From Alphaproteobacteria bacterium (GTDB lineage Bacteria > Pseudomonadota > Alphaproteobacteria > SHVV01), in contig OZ253470.1 in assembly GCA_965261735.1 (NCBI GenBank), positions 3,424,001 to 3,488,000 on the forward strand: 64,000 bases of DNA, read 5' to 3'. The first letter of the stretch is position 1, and every line of letters starts with the position of its first letter. Positions 27,269 to 36,578 of the stretch are shown here, piece by piece. The position numbers and the translations under genes are program-made. The notes beneath the pieces were generated by a model. It was not told the origin of the DNA. It saw only the letters and a program-made list of their open reading frames with translations, and did not search any database.

Positions 27269-27748
27269 ATGTTGAACATGAACCGGGTGACGTTGCTGGG
27301 CCATGCGGGGCGCGACCCCGAGATCCGCACAATAAAGAGCGGCGAGAAGACCGCCACCTTCAGTCTGGCCACCACCGACAAATGGCGGCGCCAGGACGGC
27401 GGGACGGGTGAGGCCACCCAGTGGCACCGGATCGTTGTGTTCGGCGCCGCCGTCGCGGCAGTCGAAAAGCTGGTCCGCAAGGGCGCCGCGCTGCTGATCG
27501 AAGGGCGCATTACCAGCCACGAATATCAGGACAAGAAGGGCGACAACCGCCGGGTTACGGAAATCGTCGTCGCAGGGCCGCAAGGCCACGTCAATGTGCT
27601 ATCGCCGCGCCGGGACGACGGCCGCGCGGAAGAGGGCGGCGAGGCGGAGGGAACCGGCGATCCTGGCGGGACCATCGATGCGCGGACGCCAACCGGGGAG
27701 CCCGCTGGCGCGGCGCCGGACGGCCCCTCCCGGATCGGGGGGCAGTGA
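27269..27748 (+). CDS. ssb: Single-stranded DNA-binding protein inside the T4SS operon
   Basis: NRVTLLGHAGRDPEIR, FSLATT, WHRIVVF; lacks an acidic xDIPF tail. Confidence 0.9.
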   Translation: MLNMNRVTLLGHAGRDPEIRTIKSGEKTATFSLATTDKWRRQDGGTGEATQWHRIVVFGAAVAAVEKLVRKGAALLIEGRITSHEYQDKKGDNRRVTEIVVAGPQGHVNVLSPRRDDGRAEEGGEAEGTGDPGGTIDARTPTGEPAGAAPDGPSRIGGQ

Positions 27749-28287
27749 TGAACGGGCGCGCGGGTCTCGCGCTCGCGGCACTGGTGCTTCTGGCGCCGGC
27801 GCTCGCCTCCGTTCCCGGAGTCTCGCCGGCCCTGGCCCAGGCCCCGCCGCCCGCCGCACTTGAAGCGGGCTGCGATCCCGGGATCCGCGAGGCGCTGGCG
27901 GCGAGCGCCGCGCGGGGCGTCGAGCAGGATCTCGCCGTTATCCGCAATTCCGATCAGGGTATCCGCGATCCGGACTCGATCCTCGACTTCTCCTGCCTGG
28001 AGGACCTCTTCAACTACCGGGCCTTCAACGTGCTGTTCGATCCCGGCCGCGCGCTCGAGGAAATCCTCGGTCTCGCGCAGCGCCGGGTCTGCGAGATCGC
28101 GCGGAACACCTACCGCGGCTATGTCGGCCGCACGCTGGACGCCTCGGTCTATACGTCACGGTTGCCCCGGCTACCGGGACTGCACCGCCTGCCGGGGCTC
28201 GATACCGACGCCCGGAACGGCAACATCCTGCAAGACAGTGGGGTCAACGCCGAACGCTTCCGCGGCATCCTAGGAGGTGGGCAATGA
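27748..28287 (+). CDS. Secreted hypothetical T4SS-associated protein
   Basis: Signal peptide (ALA/Q), GCDP...PDSILDFSCL...VC; coupled to neighbours. Confidence 0.65.
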   Translation: MNGRAGLALAALVLLAPALASVPGVSPALAQAPPPAALEAGCDPGIREALAASAARGVEQDLAVIRNSDQGIRDPDSILDFSCLEDLFNYRAFNVLFDPGRALEEILGLAQRRVCEIARNTYRGYVGRTLDASVYTSRLPRLPGLHRLPGLDTDARNGNILQDSGVNAERFRGILGGGQ

Positions 28288-29435
28288 GTACCCCCGTTCG
28301 TTGCCGCACGGTCTTCCATGCCGTGATCCTTGCCACGGCGCTGACCGCAACGTGGGCGGTTCCGCCCGGCCGCGCCCATTCGCCGTGCGATCCGACCGAC
28401 AACGACCGGGCCGAAGCGAGCCGCGTGCTCGTGGGTCTCACCCGTGAAATCGACGTCATGGAAGCCACAATCGTCGAAGCACTCAGGCTTCAGACGGGCC
28501 AGCTCTCGGGTTATGCGGCGCAAAGCGCCAAGGCGGTGACCGGCGCGCTCGACGCCCAGACCAAGCTTCAGGCGCAGATCGCCCGCGAGGTCGAGGAAAC
28601 CAGGGCCATGCGCGCCCGCCGGCCGACGGACAGCGGCTGCGCCGCGATCACCGGCCTGGCCGGGCTTGCCGCGGCACGGCAAGCAGCCGAAAGCGCCTAT
28701 GGGCGAGCCGCGGACGCTGAGACGGGGCGTATCGCGGGCGACCGCGCCGCCGTGCCCGATGCAGGCGCTGCCGCCGGCAACGCGGCCCGCTTCGAGAGCC
28801 TGACGAGTACCTATTGCAACGGCGCGCGGGCCGGGGAGGATGCCGCGCTCTGCCGGGGCGGGGATGAACTCCACGCCGCCGATCTCAAAGCCGGAAACCT
28901 GTTCGACCGGCGCACCTTCGCGAACGAAGCGGAACTGCGCACGGCGGTCGAGTTGTCGCGCAATCTGACGGCGCCCGTGGTGCACGATCCGCCTGCGCTG
29001 GCCTCCGCCGAGACCGATCAGGAGCGCCGCCGCATCCTGCTCGCCCGTTCCGCCGACGCCCGCGCCGCGCTGGCCGGCGACTACTTCGCCCATGCCCGCG
29101 CATTGCGCGCACCGGGCGCCGCGCTCGGAGCCTGGGCCGCCCAGGCCGCGCCGGGACGCAATGCGGCAACCCCGGTCAGCCGCTATGAGCTTCTGGAGCT
29201 GCTCGCCAGCCGCCGGTTCGAGAACCCCGGCTGGTTCGTCGATCTGCAAGCGATGAGCCAGGAGAACCTGCTGCGCGAGCTGGTCACCCTGCAAGCGGTA
29301 TCGCTGATGCTCGACTGGCGCCGTTACCGGCTCGATGAACGGCGCGGCGCCATCGACGCCACTGGGCTGGCGTTGGCTGCCGAAGGCATGCGCCTTCTGC
29401 CCGGTCTCGCCAATCCCGCCGCCGGGGCGAATTGA
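28284..29435 (+). CDS. TraW/IcmX-like periplasmic protein
   Basis: Signal peptide, C-terminal SRYELLELLASRRFENPGWFVDLQAMSQENLLRE; precedes dotA as traW precedes traY. Confidence 0.6.
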   Translation: MSTPVRCRTVFHAVILATALTATWAVPPGRAHSPCDPTDNDRAEASRVLVGLTREIDVMEATIVEALRLQTGQLSGYAAQSAKAVTGALDAQTKLQAQIAREVEETRAMRARRPTDSGCAAITGLAGLAAARQAAESAYGRAADAETGRIAGDRAAVPDAGAAAGNAARFESLTSTYCNGARAGEDAALCRGGDELHAADLKAGNLFDRRTFANEAELRTAVELSRNLTAPVVHDPPALASAETDQERRRILLARSADARAALAGDYFAHARALRAPGAALGAWAAQAAPGRNAATPVSRYELLELLASRRFENPGWFVDLQAMSQENLLRELVTLQAVSLMLDWRRYRLDERRGAIDATGLALAAEGMRLLPGLANPAAGAN

Positions 29436-31723
29436 CCGTCATGGGCGCGCTCCGCTTCCTGTTCGCCCCGGAATTGACCCGCTCCCTCACGGATGCGGCG
29501 CGGTCTTCGGCCGGGTTGGTTCAGAGGATGCGGCCGTTTCGGCTCCCGGTGCCGGCCAATGCTCCACCGAACGCGACCCCCGGGACAAGGAAAGAGAACA
29601 GGCCGCGGTTGAGGAAGAAGCGTGCCCTTTCCTGTATCGGCATTCTGGTCCTGCTCGCCGGCGCCGTATTTATCGGCATAGGTATCGTGGGCCTGCTGCT
29701 GGCGGAGTCGGCGGCGGCGCAGACGATCGACCGGGGCCTGTTCGCCGATGCCGACCAAGCGACGCGGGACGTGCTGGCCTTCCTCGGCGATATCGGCGCG
29801 GGCCGCAGCTCCGTGCTGGGCGACATGCTGTTTGTGTTCAACGGCGGTGTGCTGGCGCTGGCGGGGTTCCTGCTGGTCTGGCACACGGTGGCCGGCACGC
29901 TCGATACCGCCCGCGAGGGCCGGTTCGGCTTCGGCGCCTGGGAGATCGTGCGCATCGTTGCCGCCGTCGCCCTGATGGCACCGTTGCCGGGCGGTATGAA
30001 CGGCGCCCAGCACGCTGTCGTGGGCCTCGCCCATCTCGGAGGGGATTTTGCCAATGCGGTGTGGGAGCCGTTCTCGGAAGAGGCGCTCGGCGAAGGTGAG
30101 CCCATCGCGCCCCGGCCCCGTGAAACGGTCTGGCGCGCCGCCATCGCCCGAACCCTGATCCTGGAAACCTGCCGGTATGCCGCCAACGCCAGCGCCGCCC
30201 GCGCAGGGGATGCACCCTATATAGAACTCCGCGAGTCCGACGAGGCCTACAAAAGCCCTGGAACCGTCCGGGTCCGGCGCATCGCGGCGAGGATCCTGCA
30301 TTACGACGGCGCCGGGCGCGGCATGCCGGGCGACCTGTGCGGCGCGATCCGCTTCGCCGGGCTCGCGGCCGAGGGCGCACGCGGCATCGCCGCCGAGGGG
30401 CATCGTGACGCGCTGGCCGGGCTGCTACCAGAGATCCGCGTCGTCGCCACCGATCTCGCCGACCATTATGTGACCGGATCGCCCGTCTACGGCCGGCCCT
30501 TGCCCGAACTCGATGTATTGCTTGAGGGCCGGGGCCTGGCCGAGCGTTATGCGGGGGTGCTGGATACGGCGCTTGCCCGCGCCGCTTCCGAGGATCGCGC
30601 GGAGCTCGCCCGTGTGGTCGCCGAGGATACCAAGGCGGCAAGCTGGATGTCCGCGGCGAGCTTCTTCAACACCATCGCCCACCGCACCGGCCTGTTCCAG
30701 GCCGCCGCCCACAACATTCCGGGCGTCGTCCTGCCGCCGCCGAGCCTGGGGCAATGGGCGCCCGCCGCCGATGCTGCCGTCAAGGGTCTGACAACTGCCT
30801 TGGTCCAGTCGCGTGGCTACCAGCCCATGCTGTTCTCCGCGGCTGCCAGTGGCGCCGCCGCGTTGCCCGCACAGGGCGCTGGCGGCGGCATGGCCGCGGG
30901 GGTGATGGAGTTCATCGACCTTGACAGCGTGATTGTCGCCGACAGCGGCAATCCCATTGCCGATCTGGCTTCCCTCGGCCACGGCCTGATGAACGCGGCA
31001 CTTGCCGCCACGGCCGCGCTGATGGGTGCGGCGGCAGGATCGGGGCTGCTCGAATCCGTGCCCTTCGTCGGCAAGGGCCTCGATATGTTCGAATCCGTCT
31101 GGCAGGTCGCCGACGGTTTTGTCTCCACCGTACTTGGGCTCCTGCTGATCGCCGGTGCGGTGCTGGCCTACCTGCTGCCGGCACTGCCCTTCATCCGCTT
31201 CCTGTTCGCCATCCTCGGCTGGATCGTGACCGTTGTCGTCGCGGTGCTGGCCGTGACTGTGTTCGCCGCCGCCCATGTGACGCGCGGCGACGGCAACCGG
31301 CTTGCCACACAGGCCACACGCCTGGGCTGGCTGTTCCTGCCCGGGCTGATCCTACGTCCGCCGCTGATGCTGTTCGGGTTGATCGTGGGCTACTTCGTGT
31401 TCCTGGCCGGGATCGGCCTGTTCAACGAGGTCTGGCTGCCGCAGATGCGCGACGCGGGTGCTTCCGGCGGGCTCGGCCCGATCGGCTTCCTCGCCATGCT
31501 CACCCTCTACGTGATGATCGCCTACGGGCTGATGAATGCCTCGTTCAAGCTCATCGACCTGCTGCCCTCGGCCGTCCTCGACTGGATCGGCGGGCGCGGC
31601 GGTGCGGGCGATGACGGCGGTGAGCGGGTCGGCGGTGCTGCCGCCGGCGCCATCTCGCGGGTGGGCGGTTTGCGGATCGGCGCGGGGCCGCGGCGCGGCG
31701 GCGGCATTGCCGGGAGCCGATGA
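29432..31723 (+). CDS. dotA: DotA/TraY polytopic membrane protein
   Basis: AGTLDTAREGRFG, CGAIRF, LAYLLPALPFIRF, LRPPLMLFGL, SFKLIDLLPSAVLDWIGG; start uncertain. Confidence 0.88.
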   Translation: MTVMGALRFLFAPELTRSLTDAARSSAGLVQRMRPFRLPVPANAPPNATPGTRKENRPRLRKKRALSCIGILVLLAGAVFIGIGIVGLLLAESAAAQTIDRGLFADADQATRDVLAFLGDIGAGRSSVLGDMLFVFNGGVLALAGFLLVWHTVAGTLDTAREGRFGFGAWEIVRIVAAVALMAPLPGGMNGAQHAVVGLAHLGGDFANAVWEPFSEEALGEGEPIAPRPRETVWRAAIARTLILETCRYAANASAARAGDAPYIELRESDEAYKSPGTVRVRRIAARILHYDGAGRGMPGDLCGAIRFAGLAAEGARGIAAEGHRDALAGLLPEIRVVATDLADHYVTGSPVYGRPLPELDVLLEGRGLAERYAGVLDTALARAASEDRAELARVVAEDTKAASWMSAASFFNTIAHRTGLFQAAAHNIPGVVLPPPSLGQWAPAADAAVKGLTTALVQSRGYQPMLFSAAASGAAALPAQGAGGGMAAGVMEFIDLDSVIVADSGNPIADLASLGHGLMNAALAATAALMGAAAGSGLLESVPFVGKGLDMFESVWQVADGFVSTVLGLLLIAGAVLAYLLPALPFIRFLFAILGWIVTVVVAVLAVTVFAAAHVTRGDGNRLATQATRLGWLFLPGLILRPPLMLFGLIVGYFVFLAGIGLFNEVWLPQMRDAGASGGLGPIGFLAMLTLYVMIAYGLMNASFKLIDLLPSAVLDWIGGRGGAGDDGGERVGGAAAGAISRVGGLRIGAGPRRGGGIAGSR

Positions 31724-31844
31724 TGATTCACACTGAATAAGCCGGTAATACGCGCGGCGAGCGGTGCTGGACCGGAAGCCTCAACGAACGCACTCCAGAC
31801 CGGTCTGGAATTTCGCCTGCAACCAATGAAGGAATTTGAAACTC

Positions 31845-33818
31845 ATGCGATTCGTACCCGTTTACATCTCTGTCCTGCTGCTCGCAGGCGGTGCGGGCTG
31901 GTCCGCGTTTCTGGTAGAGGACCTCCGCCGCGCCGATGTCTGCATCGCCGTACTCGGCATCGTTCTTGCCCTTGCGCTGCTGGCCTACTTTGCCACCGGC
32001 CGCAAGGAGAAGGGCGCCTGGGTCCGCTTCGGGCTGTACGGGGCCGCAATGATGATCTGCGCCGCGTCGATCTGGATGGAGATCCTCCGGCCCGTGCTCG
32101 CGGTAACTTCCTTCAGGGAATTCGCCGGATGGGTCACGCAGCTCGGCGGTTATGAGTTGGCATCGGTCGCCGTGGCGCCCGTGGGTTTCGCGATTACCTT
32201 CATGCTGTGGTTCGAAGTCCTGATCGACAGCCTCAAATACCTTCAGAGCGGCAACCGCCGCCAGCGCGCCGAGTCCGATCTCTACGGCAGGTCGAAGCTG
32301 CTCGGCAGAAGGTTTCTGCGCCGCCTCGCCAAACGCCGGGGCATCCTGCTCGGCCAGTGGGGCGCGGGCCGCAACGCCAAGTTGATCGGCTGGTCCCTGG
32401 AAGGCTCCGCCATCACCGTGGCCCCGCCCCGCGTCGGCAAGGGCGCTCTCATCGCCCTTAACCTGCTGTCGCCCGATTACCGGGGGTTTCAGGGCTCCAC
32501 GGTCACCATAGACCCGCGCGGCGAACTCTGGTGCATCGCTGCCCGGCGCAGGCGCGAACTGGGCCGCCGGGTTCTTCTGATCGATCCTTTCGGGGTAGTG
32601 GCCCAGCACAAGAAGGTCAAGGAAACCCATCTGCCGGATGTCGAAAGCGCGTCCTATAACCCGCTCGACTTTATTCGAGACGACGAAAACCTCGCCGTGC
32701 GGGACATCAACGTTTTGCTCGATGCCCTGCTCACGCCGCCGCGCCCGGACGCGCATAACAGCGGCCGGCATTTCTACGAATCCGCCCGCGCCATCGTCGC
32801 CGGTTACATGGCCTGGGTGCGGTTTGAGGAACCACGGGAGAGCTGCACCCTCGCCAAAGTCTACGAAATGCTGTCGATGCCGCCGAAGCAAAGGGAAATC
32901 TTCGCGGACAAGGTCAGGCCCATGAAGCGCTTCGCCGGTGGGCTCACCCATATCGCGATCGAGCGTCAGGCCCAGGTCGGCAAGGAGGAGGGCGGGAGCA
33001 ATTTTACGACGGTCGCCAACCAGCTCTCATTCCTGAATTTCACGGAACTGCTCGCCCATACGCAAAGTTCCAGTTTCGATCCCTTGGATCTGGCCGGCGG
33101 CGATACCGACCTCTTCGTTGTCGCGCCGGAAGAGACCATCGAGCACGTCAAGGGCTGGCTGCGCCTGTGGGTCGCCATCCCCAACGCCGTCGCCGGTATA
33201 AAACCGCTTGAGCGCGACCTGCTGATCGTCATCGACGAGATGCCGCGGCTTGGTTACCTCAAGCCGGTCATGGACGGCTACACCATGGCCGCCGGCAAGG
33301 GCGTCCACTTCTGGTGCTTCGCCCAGTCAATCTCGGCGCTCGATTCGACCTGGGGCAAGGAACACCGCAAGACCCTCCTGCATCTGGCCGAACTGGTGCA
33401 GATCCTGGGCTTCCCGCGCACCGACGCGGAGGGTGCGGAGGAACTCTCCAAGGCCATCGGCACCGCCACCTACGAGGCCCGGACCGAGAACCGCTCCGGC
33501 ACTATCGCCGAGAACCGCATCGTCACCGCCAACACGCAATGGCAGGCCGGCGATTCCCGCGCCCTGGTGCGCGAGCGCCTGATCACCCCCGATGAACTCA
33601 TGACGCTTGGCCCCGACCACCAATACGTCATCGCCTCGCCCAAGGACATGCCGCGCGACGCGCTCCACCTCCATCATGCCCGTTACTGGCGACGTTGGGA
33701 CTCCCGCAACCTCGCCGATCCCAACCCGTTCGTCGTCCGCAAAGAACGCGCCGCGGAAGGCTACAAAAAGCGGGGGTGGCCGGGGTCGTGGTTATTCAAA
33801 CGAAAGGAGATGTCATGA
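31845..33818 (+). CDS. virD4: VirD4/TraG-type type IV coupling protein
   Basis: N-terminal TM segments, LYGRSK, APPRVGKG, IDPRGEL, YNPLDFI, IDEMPRLG, FAQSISAL, RLITPDEL. TTG 31836 is an alternative start. Confidence 0.9.
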   Translation: MRFVPVYISVLLLAGGAGWSAFLVEDLRRADVCIAVLGIVLALALLAYFATGRKEKGAWVRFGLYGAAMMICAASIWMEILRPVLAVTSFREFAGWVTQLGGYELASVAVAPVGFAITFMLWFEVLIDSLKYLQSGNRRQRAESDLYGRSKLLGRRFLRRLAKRRGILLGQWGAGRNAKLIGWSLEGSAITVAPPRVGKGALIALNLLSPDYRGFQGSTVTIDPRGELWCIAARRRRELGRRVLLIDPFGVVAQHKKVKETHLPDVESASYNPLDFIRDDENLAVRDINVLLDALLTPPRPDAHNSGRHFYESARAIVAGYMAWVRFEEPRESCTLAKVYEMLSMPPKQREIFADKVRPMKRFAGGLTHIAIERQAQVGKEEGGSNFTTVANQLSFLNFTELLAHTQSSSFDPLDLAGGDTDLFVVAPEETIEHVKGWLRLWVAIPNAVAGIKPLERDLLIVIDEMPRLGYLKPVMDGYTMAAGKGVHFWCFAQSISALDSTWGKEHRKTLLHLAELVQILGFPRTDAEGAEELSKAIGTATYEARTENRSGTIAENRIVTANTQWQAGDSRALVRERLITPDELMTLGPDHQYVIASPKDMPRDALHLHHARYWRRWDSRNLADPNPFVVRKERAAEGYKKRGWPGSWLFKRKEMS

Positions 33819-34561
33819 CGGACAGGACAGCCATGGAACTGGACGGGTGCGAAGCAACAGGGAGCTCGTTGGAACCGGGACACGGCGCGATCGCCGAGCC
33901 CCACTGGTTATGGGACGCCATCGCGGCGGAAGAGCCTCCAACATCCGTTGAGAAGGAAGACGCGAGAAACGATCCCAATGCCGGCCCAGATACCGGTAGT
34001 GAGCAGAAAAGCGGTGGGCCGGAGGCGCTATCCGGGGATGATCAACGGGATGATTCGGGTCTGGCGGGCCCTGACGGCGAGTTTGCGAAACTCCGTCACA
34101 TGATCCAGGAATCCGCCGAGCGCGTGGAAAACGAAGCCTTCGGCAAACTGGTTCTGATGGAAGCGCAAACGAAAACGCTGGCCGATGCCGTTGCAGCGAA
34201 TGCAGTCGCGCTGCGGGAGTTCGCCGGTGCCGAAGGGCGGCAACCCGAAACAGGCGGAACAGCGGAACCGCACAAGGACGAGAACCGAACTTTCATGGCC
34301 GACTTCCATCGCTGGGCCGACGCGCAGCGAGGGTATCGCCTTTGGTGGTCGGCGCTTGCGCTGGCCGTCGTTGTTCCGGCCTTTTTCCTGCTCGGCGTAT
34401 TGGTCGAGTTGCAGTTCCAGATTGTTCCTCTGCACGATCCGAGTGGCGGCTGGAGCCGCCACATCTGGGACAACTACGGCCCTGCCATCGCCGAGTGCGC
34501 GATGGAAGCAAAGCGGACGGACCGGGCGGTGAAGTGTTCGTTCGACGTTCGTAAACCCTAA
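33815..34561 (+). CDS. Hypothetical membrane protein coupled to virD4
   Basis: AAGGAG RBS, ATGA overlap, one TM segment and a C-terminal Cys pair. Confidence 0.65.
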   Translation: MTDRTAMELDGCEATGSSLEPGHGAIAEPHWLWDAIAAEEPPTSVEKEDARNDPNAGPDTGSEQKSGGPEALSGDDQRDDSGLAGPDGEFAKLRHMIQESAERVENEAFGKLVLMEAQTKTLADAVAANAVALREFAGAEGRQPETGGTAEPHKDENRTFMADFHRWADAQRGYRLWWSALALAVVVPAFFLLGVLVELQFQIVPLHDPSGGWSRHIWDNYGPAIAECAMEAKRTDRAVKCSFDVRKP

Positions 34562-34630
34562 TTTGGGGTGATATGGTCGCGCAAGATCGCTCTGCACCAA
34601 GTGGCCGTTGAATTGACCCACCGTTGGTAA

Positions 34631-35032
34631 TGTTACGAGCGCACACTGCTGGCGCCGAGTGAAGCGCTTAACGCCCTGACGGTCGGTGCGGCATCCCTGG
34701 ACCTGACCCCATTCCTCATGGACCCTGCTCCGGGCACCGTCGAGGTTCACGCGGAAGGTGAAACTCTACCTGCAATATCCAGTGGATTGGGCCTCGGTCC
34801 GTTCCGCGCCATCAAACCCGATCTCATCAGCATTGGAGGACATCACGAAATCCGAGCTCTGCCGGCTGGCGACGATCTGAGGCTGCGTACCGTTCCTCAA
34901 AGCGTGCGCACCGGATTGACGGTCGCGACGGCTGGCCTTGGTGTTTCCGCCCAATCGCGATCTCAGGGAACAAGTTGCGCCACTGCTCTTGTCACGAGAT
35001 CCCTGCTCAATGCGGCCGTACGCTCACTATAG
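34631..35032 (+). pseudogene. Internal fragment of an S8 subtilase (Y4bN/IteS-like)
   Basis: In-frame RTLLAPSEALNALTVGA, GLGPFRAIKPDLISIGG and catalytic-Ser motif GTSCATALV. Stops on both sides; Asp/His part missing. Confidence 0.7.
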
Positions 35033-35184
35033 AGGGAGGTCCCTATGAGGGTTAACTTTTCCGCAACGACCAGGCGTTACTGAGCCGCGCGTTTGTAATC
35101 AATGCTGGCAGGTGGCCCGACGCTTGATGACTCTACTCGGAAGCGTATCCTGCGTTGCTGAAGTAGTTTGCGCATTCGGACAAG

Positions 35185-35400
35185 GCGCACGCAGAATGAT
35201 CGTCTTGAATATCATCACCGCGTCCCACGGCTTGCGCCCCGCCCGTGACTTGCGCGCCCTGTCCGGACGCCGCCACACTGCTTCCAAGCACCTACGGAAG
35301 TCTTTCCACGGAACCACCCCGTCGATTTTCGCCAGTGGCTCGTTCCTGGCGCCAAGCCCCGCATACCGGTTCGAAAGATCAAAAACCCCATCTGACCCAT
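35185..35400 (-). mobile_element. IS5-family transposase 5' remnant (frameshifted)
   Basis: MGQMGF / DLSNRYAG..PLAKIDGVVPWKDFRRCLEAVWR..SRAGRKPWDAVMIFK. Confidence 0.75.
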
Positions 35401-35518
35401 GAACACCCCACCTGATGTCAATAAACCCGAATTTCCCAGGTGAACTTCTGCGTTGGATCTTTTGAATGCTGATTCTATGTTGGGTGTCATAGGGTTAGAT
35501 GACGTAGAGGCAACTCGG

Positions 35519-35858
35519 ATGTGGAACCCGGAGGGTGAAGCGGATCGCAGACCACTTACGGCCCTGTTTCGACCGCCGACTGAAGCTCGAGTTCCACGGC
35601 TCGAGGGTCACCACCGACGCCGGACTACTCGCTTATCGTGAACTCGACGATGCCCGGGGGCTGACCGCATTGGCGGGCCATGTCCTGGCCGACAGCCGGA
35701 CGGGCAAGAACGGCTGGCATGGCGTCGTCGGTCTGCTTCGCCAGTCTGTCTATGGACGCTTCGCCGGATACGAGGATGTGAACGACGCCGACCGTCTCGG
35801 ACGCGATCCCGCGATGCGGTGGATCGTCGGTGGCAAGGCGGTCGAACGCGGCGGCGCA
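35519..35858 (+). mobile_element. IS1380-family transposase 5' remnant
   Basis: FDRRLKLEFHGSRVTTDAGLLAYRELDD, LLRQSVYGRFAGYEDVNDADRLGRDPAMRW; truncated. Confidence 0.85.
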
Positions 35859-35945
35859 CAGGGCGGCACTGGCTCGGAGCTGGCGGTGACAATCCCTACC
35901 TTCGGCGGCTGCCCGGCGCCAAGGACAACGCAGTCGGATCTCGCC

Positions 35946-36304
35946 TTAGCCGCCCGACCGGGCCCTGGCATGAGTTCCTTCAGGCGGACGCCGTCGACGG
36001 CGCCCGGAACCAAGGTGTCACCGATCACGAAGGCCGGCGTTCCACGGATGCCGAGCGTTTGGGCTAGGCGGATCGTTTCGTCGAGGTAGTTCTCGATGGC
36101 GGGATCCTCCATGTCGCGGCGACGGCGTCGGACGTCGAGGCCGACGTTGCCAGCAATGGCCATGACCCTGTCTTCCGTCAGTTTCCCGCGCGAGCCCATG
36201 ACGGCGACATGGGATTCGAGGTACCGGCCCTGCTTCTCGGAGGCCATCGCCGCGCGGGCTGCGAACCGCGAGACCGGACCGAGGATGGGAAACTCCTTCT
36301 TGAT
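35946..36304 (-). pseudogene. DsbA-family protein C-terminal remnant
   Basis: KEFPILGPVS..AARAAMA, LGIRGTPAFVIGD..PGAV. CxxC half missing; frameshift near the end. Confidence 0.75.
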
Positions 36305-36307
36305 TCT

Positions 36308-36335
36308 GGGGGTCAGGTTTCCGCGCGGAATAACA
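36308..36335 (-). mobile_element. Isolated IS21-like terminal repeat
   Basis: Minus strand reads TGTTATTCCGCGCGGAAACCTGACCCCC, directly abutting the DsbA truncation point. Confidence 0.45.
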
Positions 36336-36578
36336 CATGGGGCTGAGCCGGCGGAGGTTCGAGAAACCGGTGGTCTGTCGAAAGCGTAGCCCGACTCCGT
36401 CCATCCTCGCGACCGGTGCAACGGTTCTCGCCGGGTCTGCGCCCAGCGACGCCGGAACGTAACCGAGTCGCGAGTCGGTGTGCTTCCCACAAATTGGAAA
36501 GATTTGGGGAAAGGCAGACGAGCTCAGCGCCGGCCTGCCACTTCTTTGCTCAGTGTCCGCCTGCCGCCACTTCCTCGT

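Noticed and set aside
1789-34561. Legionella-style effector-delivery T4BSS
   Set aside because: No IcmS/W/Q/R, DotL/M/N or recognisable effectors; relaxase, oriT candidate and leading region favour DNA transfer, though protein export is not excluded
34555-34569. ACCCTAATTTGGGGT as a fourth luxR box
   Set aside because: Imperfect, overlaps a stop codon and lacks the flanking luxR-derived sequence; likely chance
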